Below are positions 1-9,568 of a stretch of DNA of 64,000 nt, piece after piece. The notes under the pieces are model-generated. The model did not search any database. It saw only the letters and a program-made list of their open reading frames with translations, and was not told the DNA's origin. Source of the stretch: Myxococcota bacterium (GTDB taxonomy: Bacteria; Myxococcota_A; UBA796; CAJQPC01); assembly GCA_036012755.1 (NCBI GenBank), contig DASCPX010000190.1, positions 32,001 to 96,000 on the forward strand. Reading direction: 5' to 3'. How positions within the stretch are numbered: the first letter of the stretch is position 1; every line of letters begins with the position of its first letter. Both the position numbers and the translations under genes were made by a program.

Positions 1-2
1 GG

Positions 3-1535
3 GGACGCTGCGGGCTGGAGCACGCCGGCTTCACCTACCACAACAGCTTCCTCGTCGCGGACCCGACCGGCGCCTTCGTCCTGGAGACAGCAGGCCGAAA
101 GACCGCCGTCGAGCGAGTCGAGGGCGCCCGGAGCATCTCCAACGGGCTGACCATCGAGGGCTTCGCGGAGCAGCACTCCAAGAAGCTGGAGACCTGGGCC
201 AGCGACTGCCGGACTCGACGGCACCGGACAGAGACGCTGGCCTCCGAGGCACGCACCGCCGGGGACATGATGGCCCTGCTCAGGGACCACGGAGAGCAGG
301 GATCACGTCCCCGGTACTCCTGCTTCAACGGCACCCTGCATGCCCCCTGCATGCACGGCGGCGGCATCGTCGCCAACTCGGTGACGACCGCCTCCTGGGT
401 GGCCGAGTTGAGCCCCGAAGGCATCCGCCACTGGGCGACCGGGACCTCCTCCCCCTGCCTCGGCCTGTTCAAGCCCGTCGAGGTCCTCTGTCCGGTCGAC
501 ACCGGCCCCGACGCCACCGAAACAGACGACGGCCAGAGCTTGTGGTGGCGACACGAGCGCCTCCACCGGGCAGCACTCCGAGACCCTGGGGACCTCGCCT
601 TCCTAGCCGAGCGAGACGAGGTCGAGGCGCGCTGGCTGGCCGAGCCACCGGAGACGGAGGCAGCCTTCGCAGAGGCCGAGGGCCTGTTGTCCAGGTGGCT
701 CGAGGAGCTCGTCGCGCCCCCAGAGGTCAGGCCTCTCTGGGCGCGCTGGTACTGGAGTCGGCGCGAGGACACCGCGCGGCTACCCGAACAGCCCCACGAG
801 CGCGTCCTCGCCGCCTCTGTCGCCTGCGTCTGGCTGGCCACGGCGCTGTTGGTGCTCCATCCCACCTACCGCGACATCGGCGAGAGCTGGCTGGAGCCCT
901 TGTCCCTGCCGGGCTGGCTGATGTACCCGGTCTGCTTCGCCGAGCTGCTGCTCGGGCTGCGGCTCCTCATCGGCCGCATGCACACCTGGCTGGCCGGACT
1001 CCAGGTGGCGATGGTCGTCGCGTTCACCGTCATCCTGGGGGTGCTCGACCCGTGGCTCCTGGTCCACCCCTTCGGAGTGCTCACCAAGAACCTGCCCCTG
1101 CTCGCGGTGGTCGGCTGCGCCTGGTTCCTGTGGCAGGAGGGCTGGAGCCCCCGCGCCCACTGGCTGCTCCGGATCGGCGTCGCCGTCATCTGGCTGACAG
1201 AGGGGCTCTTCCCGAAGATCCTCTTCCAGCAGCCCCTGGAGCTGGAGATGGTGGCCGCCGCCGCCCCTGCGGTCGGTCTGCCCGTGGAACCCAGCCACTT
1301 CCTGGTCGCGATGGGCCTGGCACAGATCGCCTCCGGCCTCGGCGTGCTGCTGCTGAGGGGCCGGGCGCTGAAGCTCCTGCTCCTCCTCCAGGCAGCCGCC
1401 CTGGTCCTCCTCCCCTTGATGGTGACCTGGCAGGATCCCTCTGTCTGGCTCCATCCCTTCGGGCCGCTGACCAAGAACATCCCCATCCTGGTGGGGACCC
1501 TCGTCCTGGCGAGTCGTTGCTCTACCTCGCGCTGA
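3..1535 (+). CDS. 5'-truncated secernin/peptidase C69-family domain fused to two DoxX-like membrane repeats
   Basis: Frame is open from nt 3 and reads FTYHNSFLVADPTGAFVLETAG..ISNGLTI, then CMHGGG..TTASWV..WATGTSSPC..LWWRHERLHR (secernin-like). The C-terminal hydrophobic half contains HPFGxLTKNxP twice. Confidence 0.75.
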   Translation, partial: GRCGLEHAGFTYHNSFLVADPTGAFVLETAGRKTAVERVEGARSISNGLTIEGFAEQHSKKLETWASDCRTRRHRTETLASEARTAGDMMALLRDHGEQGSRPRYSCFNGTLHAPCMHGGGIVANSVTTASWVAELSPEGIRHWATGTSSPCLGLFKPVEVLCPVDTGPDATETDDGQSLWWRHERLHRAALRDPGDLAFLAERDEVEARWLAEPPETEAAFAEAEGLLSRWLEELVAPPEVRPLWARWYWSRREDTARLPEQPHERVLAASVACVWLATALLVLHPTYRDIGESWLEPLSLPGWLMYPVCFAELLLGLRLLIGRMHTWLAGLQVAMVVAFTVILGVLDPWLLVHPFGVLTKNLPLLAVVGCAWFLWQEGWSPRAHWLLRIGVAVIWLTEGLFPKILFQQPLELEMVAAAAPAVGLPVEPSHFLVAMGLAQIASGLGVLLLRGRALKLLLLLQAAALVLLPLMVTWQDPSVWLHPFGPLTKNIPILVGTLVLASRCSTSR

Positions 1536-1984
1536 AGTCCCTGCACGTCCTCTCTGTCGTGGTCTTCCTCGGCACCGGGGCGGGCTCGGCCTGGTACAAG
1601 TTCCGCGCGGACCGCTCCGGTGACGTCGCCGTCGTCGTCTGGTGCCAGCGCGAGATCGTCCGGGCCGACTGGATCTTCACCGTGCCCTCGGGCGTCCTGC
1701 TTCCGCTGACCGGCATCGCCCTGGTGGAGATCGGACCCTGGACCTACGGGATGCCCTGGGTCAGCCTCGGCATCGTCCTCTTCGCCATCGCCGGGCTGAC
1801 CTGGCTGCCCGCGGCATTCCTCCAACTCCGCATGCGCCGCCTCGCAGAAGAGGCGCTGTCCGCCGGGACGGAGCTGCCAGCGGCCTTTCACCGCGACCGC
1901 CGGATCTGGATGGCCCTGGGCTTCCCCTCCTTCCTGGCAGCGATCGCCACCGTCTGGTTGATGACCGCCAAGTACATGGGCTGA
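1517..1984 (+). CDS. DUF2269-family integral membrane protein
   Basis: TTG start overlapping the upstream gene; LKSLHVLS..FLGTG, ADWIFTVP, WLMTAK motifs; 4 TM-like segments. This is the usual partner of DoxX-like proteins. Confidence 0.8.
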   Translation: MLYLALKSLHVLSVVVFLGTGAGSAWYKFRADRSGDVAVVVWCQREIVRADWIFTVPSGVLLPLTGIALVEIGPWTYGMPWVSLGIVLFAIAGLTWLPAAFLQLRMRRLAEEALSAGTELPAAFHRDRRIWMALGFPSFLAAIATVWLMTAKYMG

Positions 1985-1988
1985 GCCC

Positions 1989-2040
1989 TTGACCTTCTTC
2001 GACCTCTGTCATAAAACATGCCGGCCAGCCGGTTTCTTTT
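1989..2040 (+). promoter_or_regulatory. Putative sigma70 promoter and TetR operator
   Basis: TTGACC(1989)-17 bp-TAAAAC(2012); imperfect dyad AAAACATGCCGGC-CA-GCCGGTTTCTTTT directly before the tetR ATG. Confidence 0.4.
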
Positions 2041-2640
2041 ATGACCCTCCCCCGCCGCACCCAGGCAGAGCGCAGCGCGACCACACGGTCGGCCCTGTTG
2101 AAGGCGACCGTGGAGACCCTCGTGCACAGCGGTCACCGGGGGGCCACCAACGCCGAGATCTGCAGGCGGGCCCGGGTCTCGAGGGGAGCCCTGCTCCACC
2201 ACTACGCGACCAAGGCAGAGCTCTTCACGGCGGCTGTCGAGCACCTCTTCGAGCTCCGCCACGCGGAGCTGAGGCGGCTCGATGAAGAGGTCCCCCCGAG
2301 CCAGCGGGTCGACGAGGCCTTTCGTCGTCTCTGGGCGATCTACGCAGGCCCCACCAGCGTCGCCTGGATGGAGTTGGTCATCGCCGCCCGCTCGGATCCG
2401 GAGCTCCGGGCCCGGCTCCAGGAGGTCAGCCTTCGCCTCGAAGAGCGCGCCGAAGACACCCTGAGCCGGCTCTTCGGCCTGTCGAGCAGCGTGCCCGCCC
2501 GACCCGGCATCCGCATGGTCCTGGCCCAGCTCGACGGGCTGGCCTTTCACCACCTGCTCCACGGTGACGAGCAGGCGGCGACCGAAGCCCTGGCGCTCTT
2601 CAAGGCGCTGGTCGAGCCCTTCGTCCAGGAGGCCCGGTGA
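2041..2640 (+). CDS. TetR/AcrR-family transcriptional regulator
   Basis: RRTQAERSATTR..ICRRARVSRGALLHHYATKAELF N-terminal HTH. Confidence 0.92.
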   Translation: MTLPRRTQAERSATTRSALLKATVETLVHSGHRGATNAEICRRARVSRGALLHHYATKAELFTAAVEHLFELRHAELRRLDEEVPPSQRVDEAFRRLWAIYAGPTSVAWMELVIAARSDPELRARLQEVSLRLEERAEDTLSRLFGLSSSVPARPGIRMVLAQLDGLAFHHLLHGDEQAATEALALFKALVEPFVQEAR

Positions 2641-3815
2641 TCCTGCTGTTGTCCTGTACGAACACACAGTGGGCCCCCGACGCGGTGCTCCCCCTGCTGG
2701 CACTGCCCGGCTGCAATGCGGTCAGCGTGGTCGAGGGCGCCTTCGTCCCGCAGGGGAGCGAGCTCACGGCCAGCCCGGAGCCCTGCACCGCCCCCTTCCA
2801 CGCCACCGCGGGGGCCCGGGACAGCACGCTGCTCATCGAGTCCGACGCCGAGCTCCGCATCGAGGATCTCGCCGGCGGGTCCCTGTCCAACCCCGTCGTC
2901 CTGCAGCGCAGCGGCGAGGTCCTCGTCCACGTCGACGCCACGGACACCTACTGGCTGAGCGTCACCTGCCTGGAGGGCTGCGAGGCCGAGTACACGCGCT
3001 ACCCCGTGGTCCTCATGCACGGCATGGGCGGCTCGGACGCCTTCGGCGGCGTGCCCTACTTCTTCCGGGTCGAGGAGACCCTGGAAGAGCTCGGCTTCGA
3101 GATCCAGGCACCTCCAGTCACGCCCTTCGCCACCGCCGCCCAGCGCGCTCCAGAGTGGGAAGTGCACCTCGAGCTGCTCCGAGCAGAGGGAGTCGGCCGC
3201 AAGTTCAACCTGCTCGGCCACTCACAGGGCGGGCTGGACGCTCGCTACCTCGTCGGCGGCCTCGGTCGCGCCGATCTCGTCGCCTCGATCACCACGGTCG
3301 GCTCCCCACACCAGGGAACCCGCACCGCGGACTTGATCTACGGCGTGGTCGAGGACGGCACGGTCGATGCCGCCTGGGTGGACGTCGGGGCAGAGGTCTT
3401 TGCGGCCTTGTTCGGCCTCGAGGGCGACGACAACAGCCTCGTCGAGGCCATGGAAGGGCTCACGACCGAGGCGATGGCCGAATTCAACGAGACCGTGCCC
3501 GACGACCCCGAGATCCCGCTGTGGTCCTGGGCCGGCGGGACCTGCGGCGCCCTCGAGTTCGACTGCCAGCAAGCTCGCGACGGAGAGATCGTCGATCCCC
3601 TCCTAGCTCCCACCTGGCTGATCCTCTGGCTCGACGGCCAGGACAGCGACGGCATGGTGCCCATCGACTCGGCGACCTGGGGCACCTTCCTGGGAGAGCT
3701 GAACGCGGATCACGCTGATTTGGCCGGCATCTTCGAGGACGAGGCCACCGACGCCTTCGACCACCTCGCCTTCTACACCGACGAGACCCGGCGCCTCCAC
3801 GCCCAGGGACTGTGA
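2637..3815 (+). CDS. Lipoprotein triacylglycerol lipase/esterase (alpha/beta hydrolase)
   Basis: MILLLSC signal; TRYPVVLMHG, GHSQGG nucleophile elbow, SPHQGT, SDGMVP, DHADL. Confidence 0.88.
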   Translation: MILLLSCTNTQWAPDAVLPLLALPGCNAVSVVEGAFVPQGSELTASPEPCTAPFHATAGARDSTLLIESDAELRIEDLAGGSLSNPVVLQRSGEVLVHVDATDTYWLSVTCLEGCEAEYTRYPVVLMHGMGGSDAFGGVPYFFRVEETLEELGFEIQAPPVTPFATAAQRAPEWEVHLELLRAEGVGRKFNLLGHSQGGLDARYLVGGLGRADLVASITTVGSPHQGTRTADLIYGVVEDGTVDAAWVDVGAEVFAALFGLEGDDNSLVEAMEGLTTEAMAEFNETVPDDPEIPLWSWAGGTCGALEFDCQQARDGEIVDPLLAPTWLILWLDGQDSDGMVPIDSATWGTFLGELNADHADLAGIFEDEATDAFDHLAFYTDETRRLHAQGL

Positions 3816-4222
3816 TGAACACGGACGACGTCCTCCAGCAGACCTTCCAGGCCTGCCCCTTCCACCGCTACCTCCGCGCCGAACTCCGCGTCCTCGAGCC
3901 GGGTCTCGTCGAGGTCGAGATCCCCTGGTTCGAGGATCTGGACCAGGCCATGGGCAGGCTGCATGGCGGCGTCTACGCGGCCTTGCTCCACGCCTCCAGC
4001 TACTACGCGGCCCTGAGCGCCTAGGCGTCGCTGAGCCAGCTGCCCCTGACCCAGGAGTACAAGATCAACCTCTTGCGCTCCGTGGAGAAGGAGCCGCTGG
4101 TGGGCCGAAGCCGCGTACTCCAGGCCGGACGCCGGGTCGCGGTGGTGGAGACCCGCATCTCCAGCCCCAGCGTGGAGCTCGCCGCGATCGGCCTCAGCAG
4201 CCTGGTGATCCGCACACGCTGA
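3812..4222 (+). pseudogene. PaaI-family hotdog thioesterase interrupted by in-frame TAG (4022-4024)
   Basis: GRLHGGVYAALL before the TAG; the same frame continues TQEYKINLLRSVEKEPLVGRSRVLQAGRRVAVVETRI to TGA at 4220-4222. Confidence 0.8.
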
Positions 4223-4226
4223 GGGC

Positions 4227-5030
4227 CTACAGGGGGCCCGAGCCGGGACCCTTGCCGCAGTCCGCGCCGCCCTCGTAGGGCTCCGTGTTCACCTGTCCCC
4301 CGCCCAGGAGACTGCCGACGACGAGCGCGCCGGTGACCAGGCCAGGGGTGAAGGTGGTGTCGGCAAAGGGGGCCAGGATGGAGACGTGGTGGTTGCCGCC
4401 CGAGAGCTCGAGGGTCTCTGCGGCGTGGAGGTTCAAGAGCGTCGTCTTCGCCGAGGTGCCGCCGGAATAGGTCCAGACCAGCGAGTCGGACTCCACGTAC
4501 GTATCGGCGACGTTGATGATCAGCTCGGCGTCGGCCGGGCCGTCGATGTGAAGGCCCCAGGAGTCCCGAAGGTCGTCACCGGAGAGCTCGACGACGTTTT
4601 CCCCCGAGGAGAGCTCGATCTGGATCTCGCCGTAGACGATGTTCGAAGACGCCGTGGGCGCCAGGGCGGCAGCAGTGGCCGAGACGAGCTCGAAGTGAAC
4701 GCCCAGGTCCTCGAGATCCAAGGTGGGCTCGAAGGCCGCGCCCTCGGACAGGCTGCCGATGATCGAGAGCATCGAGTTGTCGACGCCGACGAGGGCGACG
4801 TCGCCGTCCACCGTGCCGTAGGTGCCCTCGAGGGAGCTGCCGCTGTCGATGTCCCCGCCGACGTAGCCCGAGCTGATGGACACGTGCCCGCCGGACTCGA
4901 CGCCGCCGTTGTCGATCGAGCCGCTGGTCAGGACCGCGTCACCACCGGTGTAGAGGCTCTTCGGCAGCTTGGCTTCGGCGATGGCGTTGAGGCTGAAGGC
5001 CTCGACATAGAAGGAGCCCAGCGAGGCTCC
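4227..5030 (-). pseudogene. Choice-of-anchor-A/ice-binding-like beta-solenoid domain, lacking its own N-terminus
   Basis: LYTGGDAVL..GGHVSISSG..ENVVELSG..LIINV..TLLNLHAAETLELSG..SILAPFADTTF..G.LVVG. There is no credible start or signal peptide upstream of about 5030 in this frame. Confidence 0.55.
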
Positions 5031-5180
5031 TCGGACAACAGCGCCGCCGCCAGCTCCTCCGCGTCGAGCTTCCAGTCCTCTTGCTGATCCTCCGTGTAGC
5101 CGTCGCCGACGAGCACGATGTCCAGCCGCTGTGCGGAGGGACCCGTCGAGTGCAGCGTCTCCCAGACGCTCCAGGCCCGG
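5025..5180 (-). pseudogene. Fragment of peptidase M64 (IgA protease-like) N-terminal region
   Basis: ETLHSTGPSAQRLDIVLVGDGYTEDQQEDWKLDAEELAAALLSEEP, in a different frame from the downstream domain and with no start codon. Confidence 0.6.
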
Positions 5181-5209
5181 CGAGCGGCCGCTGCGGTTAT
5201 CGGCGGACA

Positions 5210-6208
5210 ATGCTGACCATCCTCCTGGCCTGTACACCGAGCGCGACCCCGGACTCGGACCCGGCGACCGACGACTCTGTCGCCTCGATCCCGGACAACT
5301 GCGACCTGCAGCCCACGGGCGAGGTCAGCCTGCCCGCGGACGAGGCCCCTCACGGCGAGGACGTCGAGTGGTGGTACTGGACCGCCCACGTCCAGGACGA
5401 AGAGGGCCGCTGGTACGGCATCGAGGAGACCTTCTTCCTCATGCAGATGGGCACCTACACCGCCACCAGCGCGCACGTGGCCGTGGCGGACATCTCGGCG
5501 GGCACCTTCACCTACGACGTGAACTTCGTCATGGAGGGCCAGGAGAGCACCACCGATGGCTTCGACCTCGTCTCGGAGCAGCAGACCGCCACCGGCAGCG
5601 ACGGCCAGGAGACCCTCCACGGCGAGATCGATGGCTACACCCTGGACCTCGAGCTGAGCGCTTCGAAGCCCCCCGTCTTCCAGCACGGCGACGGCTACCA
5701 CGACTACGAAGTCGGCGGCTACACCTGGTACTACAGCCGCGAGCGCATCGACACGACCGGCACGCTGCTGGTGGGGGAAGAGAGCCGCGCCGTGGAGGGG
5801 CTGGCCTGGATGGACCACCAGTGGGGGGACCTCGGGGACATCTCCACGTCGGGCTGGGACTGGTTCGCGCTGCAGCTCGACGATGGCAGCGAGGTGATGC
5901 TCTTCCTCACGCGGGGCTCGGACACCCTGGTCGGCGGGTCCTTCACGGACTCTGGCTGCAACACCACCGAGCTGGGGCCAGAGGACTTCCAGGTAGAGGC
6001 CCTCGGCGAGTGGACCAGCCCAGCCACGGACTGCACCTACCCACAGGGATGGAGGCTCGAGGTCCTCGGCAAGGATCTGACCGTCACCCCCGAGCTGGCC
6101 GACCAGGAGGTGGACAACGTCATGAACACCTACTGGGAGGGGGCCTCGGTGGTGAGCGGCGATCTCTCAGGTCGCGCCTACGTCGAGCTCGCTGGCTACT
6201 GTCTCTGA
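5210..6208 (+). CDS. Lipoprotein, AttH/CrtC-like lipocalin-fold hydrolase
   Basis: MLTILLAC; PH..VEWWYWT, YYS, G.AWMDHQWG, GWDWFALQLDDG, YWEG, GRAYVELAGY. Confidence 0.85.
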   Translation: MLTILLACTPSATPDSDPATDDSVASIPDNCDLQPTGEVSLPADEAPHGEDVEWWYWTAHVQDEEGRWYGIEETFFLMQMGTYTATSAHVAVADISAGTFTYDVNFVMEGQESTTDGFDLVSEQQTATGSDGQETLHGEIDGYTLDLELSASKPPVFQHGDGYHDYEVGGYTWYYSRERIDTTGTLLVGEESRAVEGLAWMDHQWGDLGDISTSGWDWFALQLDDGSEVMLFLTRGSDTLVGGSFTDSGCNTTELGPEDFQVEALGEWTSPATDCTYPQGWRLEVLGKDLTVTPELADQEVDNVMNTYWEGASVVSGDLSGRAYVELAGYCL

Positions 6209-6940
6209 GAGGGAAAAGGGCGCCATCACCGTGAGCACGCCCACGGGGACCAGGGCGTCCCGGCCTCTGGCCACCTCCTCGCGGCGAGAGCGCTGAGCGA
6301 ACTGGGAGACCACGTCGCGCAGAGCCTGCTTGAACTCCCGCACGGTCTCCGGCGCCAGGTCCATCTGGCCGAAGCCACACTCGGTGGCACCGGGCAGGTC
6401 GTGGTCATCCTTGCGGCGGATCCGGTCGCGGGCGTGCTCGAGCAGGGCGTCCTGAAGGGGGGCGACCACCGCATCACCCATGGCCGGACCGGTCTGCCAG
6501 GACCTCCCCGAGGCGGCCAGGGGCTGGACCCTGCCTCCGGGCGTGCGGCGGATGACCTCGCGCCTCTCGAGCTTCACCAGCCAGGTCTCGACCTGCTCCT
6601 CGGACAAGGGGTGCCTGCGCATCACCGCGGCCGGATCCCAGCGCTCCTTTGCGAGCACCCTCAGGAACCACCAGCACCTGGGCTCGCCCACGAACAGGGC
6701 CTCTTGCGCCTCGGTCAGTCTCCAAGGTGGGCTGGCGTCCACCAGCGCCAGCACGTCCTCGAGATCGAGTCCGAGCACCTCGCAGATCCGGACCACGCGG
6801 TCGAAGGAGCCGTCAGGACCCCGGAAGACCTTCTTGACCCCGGACTCGGACATGCCGAGCTCCTCGGCGAGCCGTGAGTATGTCCACCCGCGGGACTTGA
6901 GCACTCCCTTGAGCACCAGGATGATGTCTTCGTACCTCAT
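6167..6940 (-). CDS. XRE-family HTH transcriptional regulator
   Basis: LKGVLKSRGWTYSRLAEELGMSESGVKKVF..RICEVLG; GGAGG SD upstream of ATG 6940. Confidence 0.85.
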   Translation of the reverse strand: MRYEDIILVLKGVLKSRGWTYSRLAEELGMSESGVKKVFRGPDGSFDRVVRICEVLGLDLEDVLALVDASPPWRLTEAQEALFVGEPRCWWFLRVLAKERWDPAAVMRRHPLSEEQVETWLVKLERREVIRRTPGGRVQPLAASGRSWQTGPAMGDAVVAPLQDALLEHARDRIRRKDDHDLPGATECGFGQMDLAPETVREFKQALRDVVSQFAQRSRREEVARGRDALVPVGVLTVMAPFSLSETVASELDVGAT

Positions 6941-7068
6941 CGATACCTCCTGCCCACAAGGTGCCCACATCCGGGCCCTGCATCGCTACGAAACCGAATA
7001 AGTACCCGATTCCGGTCCTCCTTCGTGGCCTCAGGACCTAAACGACTACAGATTGCCCGGAGGAAGGC

Positions 7069-8133
7069 ATGCCCGACGTCGATCACCGAGGAGCCGCGCC
7101 AGCTGCAGACAACCGGGTCGGTCCAGACCTGTCGGAGTACGAGAGCGCAGCCTTCGCCGGGGCGCTCCGGTCTGCTCGCAGCTGGTTCGGCGCCCCCAGG
7201 CTGGACTCGACGATGGGCGCCTGGCTGCCCTTCTTGACCCTTGGGCTCGCCGCGACGATCGGGTCGGTGGTGGGCGCGGTGATGCTGGGGGGCTGGTACG
7301 CCCTCGGCCTGGGACTCCTGGCGGCATTCGTTGCCTTCATCACCGGAGCCCAGCTCGTTCTCGCGGCCGCGGTCAGCGCGACCCGACCGCCTCCGCCGTG
7401 CCCCGGGTGTCAGGCGGAGGACTCACCCTTTTCGCCCTATGACCGCACCACCGGCCTGCTCCAGCACAGCCTAGAGCTGTGGGTGGCCCAGGAGCCGCTG
7501 CAGTTCATGGGCCTGCCCTTCGGCGCCCGCATGGCCCTGGTCCGCATGGGGGACGACCTCTTCGTCTACTCGCCGATCGGCCTGTCGGACTCGCTCCGAG
7601 AAGCGGTCGAGGAGCTCGGCACGGTTCGCTGGATCCTGGCCCCGAACATGCTCCATCACCTCTACGTGGCCGAGTGGACAGAGGCCTTCCCGGAGGCCGA
7701 GGTGTGGGCCGCGCCGAAGCTGGCCGAGCGCCGCCCGGACATCGCCTGGACCGGGACCCTGAGCGAACCCGAGCAGGCCACCTGGGACCGCGGAGAGCTC
7801 GACGTCGCGGTTGCCCACGGCCACGCGATGCACGTCGAGGTGGCGCTCTTCCACCAGACCTCCAAGACCCTGTTGTTGTGCGATCTGCTGGAGAACCTCG
7901 GCCACGCGCCGGAGACCTCGCTGGCGTTGCGCACGATGCTCGGCCTGGGCGGAATGGCTGGTCGGCCGACCCCGCCCACGGACTGGAAGTGGACCATCGA
8001 GGACCCCGCGGTCATGCGCGCAGCGATCGACCGAGTCCTGGCCTGGCCCTTCGATCGCATCGTCCTGGCCCACGGGAGGCTCGTGGACCAGGACGCGAAG
8101 GAGGCGCTGCGGAGGGCCTTCGCCTTCCTCTGA
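7069..8133 (+). CDS. DUF4336-family (metallo-beta-lactamase-like) protein with N-terminal membrane extension
   Basis: RMALVRM..LFVYSPI, ILAPNMLHHLY, EVALFH..SKTLLLCDL, WPFDRIVLAHG; two TM segments and a CPGC motif upstream. Confidence 0.82.
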   Translation: MPDVDHRGAAPAADNRVGPDLSEYESAAFAGALRSARSWFGAPRLDSTMGAWLPFLTLGLAATIGSVVGAVMLGGWYALGLGLLAAFVAFITGAQLVLAAAVSATRPPPPCPGCQAEDSPFSPYDRTTGLLQHSLELWVAQEPLQFMGLPFGARMALVRMGDDLFVYSPIGLSDSLREAVEELGTVRWILAPNMLHHLYVAEWTEAFPEAEVWAAPKLAERRPDIAWTGTLSEPEQATWDRGELDVAVAHGHAMHVEVALFHQTSKTLLLCDLLENLGHAPETSLALRTMLGLGGMAGRPTPPTDWKWTIEDPAVMRAAIDRVLAWPFDRIVLAHGRLVDQDAKEALRRAFAFL

Positions 8134-8308
8134 GATCAGCGACCGCGCGCCTTCGTGGTCATCGCAGAGGTCCGAGCCGACGAGACCTACACGAGCACCT
8201 TCGTCTGGACCTGCGGCGACGGAAGCTCCTGAACCAGGTGCCGCACATCGGAGGCAGCGACGACCTCGCCGCATGGCTGGATCGACGGGGCTGAGCCTCC
8301 TCGCGGGG

Positions 8309-9568
8309 TCAGTCCGCGGGCCGACGGGACAGCACCGCGATCAGCCACAGCCCGATCCACGCTCCCGTCAGGACCAGCAGGCCGCCGGCGACGCGAGCGA
8401 GCAGGCCGCTCCCGGTCCCGATCGCCGCGGCCCCGACCACGACTGCACCCGCGTGGAGGGCCAGTCCGATCAGCACCCGGCGGTCCGGCAGGAGGTCCTT
8501 CATCGAGGGCACCGGAGCCAGCCCTGCCAGCGCCGAGAAGCGGTGGAACCAGACCAGGAAAGGCACGACCCGCGAGAGCATGCCGTGCACGATGAGACCG
8601 CCCCAGCCGGCGATTGAGAGCCAGCCCAGCAGCAGGGCCCAGCGAGGATCCGCCAGGGCGTGGGCGGGCCAGCACAAGGCCGCGCAGACCAAGGCCACGA
8701 CGAGCCCACCCTGCCAGGCTCTCAGGCTGGCGTCCGAGCGGCGACGGCGACGCCGATGGATCGAGCGCAGAGCCAGGACCGGGTGAAGGACGAAGACGGC
8801 GAGGGCCGCCGGAGCAGCGCCCAGGGCGACGTGGTGCACGGAGCCGCTCCAGAGGCCAACCCACGGAGCCAGGACCCCAGCGATCACCCCAGCGAGCACC
8901 AGGCGCTGGCCGAGCTTCGGGACCGGCTCGGCGAGGTAGAACATCGGCACCACCTGCCAGGACACGGCGGTGAGCAGGCCGCCGACCCAGCCCAGGAGCC
9001 CGAGGGCGACGTGGATGCGCAAGGTGACCGGGCGCTCTCCCACCCAGCCGAGGCCCGCGTGTCCGGCGGCCATCACGAGTCCCAGCCCGGCCACGCCGAG
9101 CAGGGCCAACAGCGCCACGCGCATGCCCTGGACGGTCGGGCCGGTCCCCGGCGCTCGGAGGAGTGCCAGGCCCACCGGCGGGACGAACAGCGCCAGCGCC
9201 GCCCCCAAGAGCCCCATGCCGACCCGGGTCGCCAGCGGCGAGCCCATGAGACCGAAGACCAGGGCCGCGACACCAAGGGCCCAGGAGATCTGGACCACGT
9301 GAGCGAGCCGCGCCCGTGGGACCGGAGCGCCAGCCACCACAGGGATCATCTGGTAGAGGGCCCCGAGCATGGCCGCACCCAGCACTCCGAGGGTGCCGAG
9401 ATGGGCCAGTCCGAGGGTCTGGGTCGACCAGCCGGTAGCGAGAGCGGCCTCTCCCAGGGCGAGGAGCACGATCCCAGCCGCGGCGAAGCCAGCAGGGACG
9501 AGGGCGAAGAACCCCGCCGGCACCGTGATCGGCGGCGCCTGGTCGAGGGACAGACCCCGGGTGTTCAC
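8309..9568 (-). CDS. Polytopic membrane protein with conserved His (NnrS/heme-copper-oxidase-subunit-like, DUF2249-associated)
   Basis: About 12 hydrophobic segments; LAHLGTLG..GALYQMIPV, HVALGLLGW..VVPMF, GMLSRVVPFLVWFHRF. Confidence 0.7.
   Translation of the reverse strand: MNTRGLSLDQAPPITVPAGFFALVPAGFAAAGIVLLALGEAALATGWSTQTLGLAHLGTLGVLGAAMLGALYQMIPVVAGAPVPRARLAHVVQISWALGVAALVFGLMGSPLATRVGMGLLGAALALFVPPVGLALLRAPGTGPTVQGMRVALLALLGVAGLGLVMAAGHAGLGWVGERPVTLRIHVALGLLGWVGGLLTAVSWQVVPMFYLAEPVPKLGQRLVLAGVIAGVLAPWVGLWSGSVHHVALGAAPAALAVFVLHPVLALRSIHRRRRRRSDASLRAWQGGLVVALVCAALCWPAHALADPRWALLLGWLSIAGWGGLIVHGMLSRVVPFLVWFHRFSALAGLAPVPSMKDLLPDRRVLIGLALHAGAVVVGAAAIGTGSGLLARVAGGLLVLTGAWIGLWLIAVLSRRPAD

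Noticed and set aside
4022..4024. Genome-wide TAG recoding or pyrrolysine
   Set aside because: TAG is a true stop for several genes here (e.g. 20784, 21071, 39586, 50179); no pyl genes in the window
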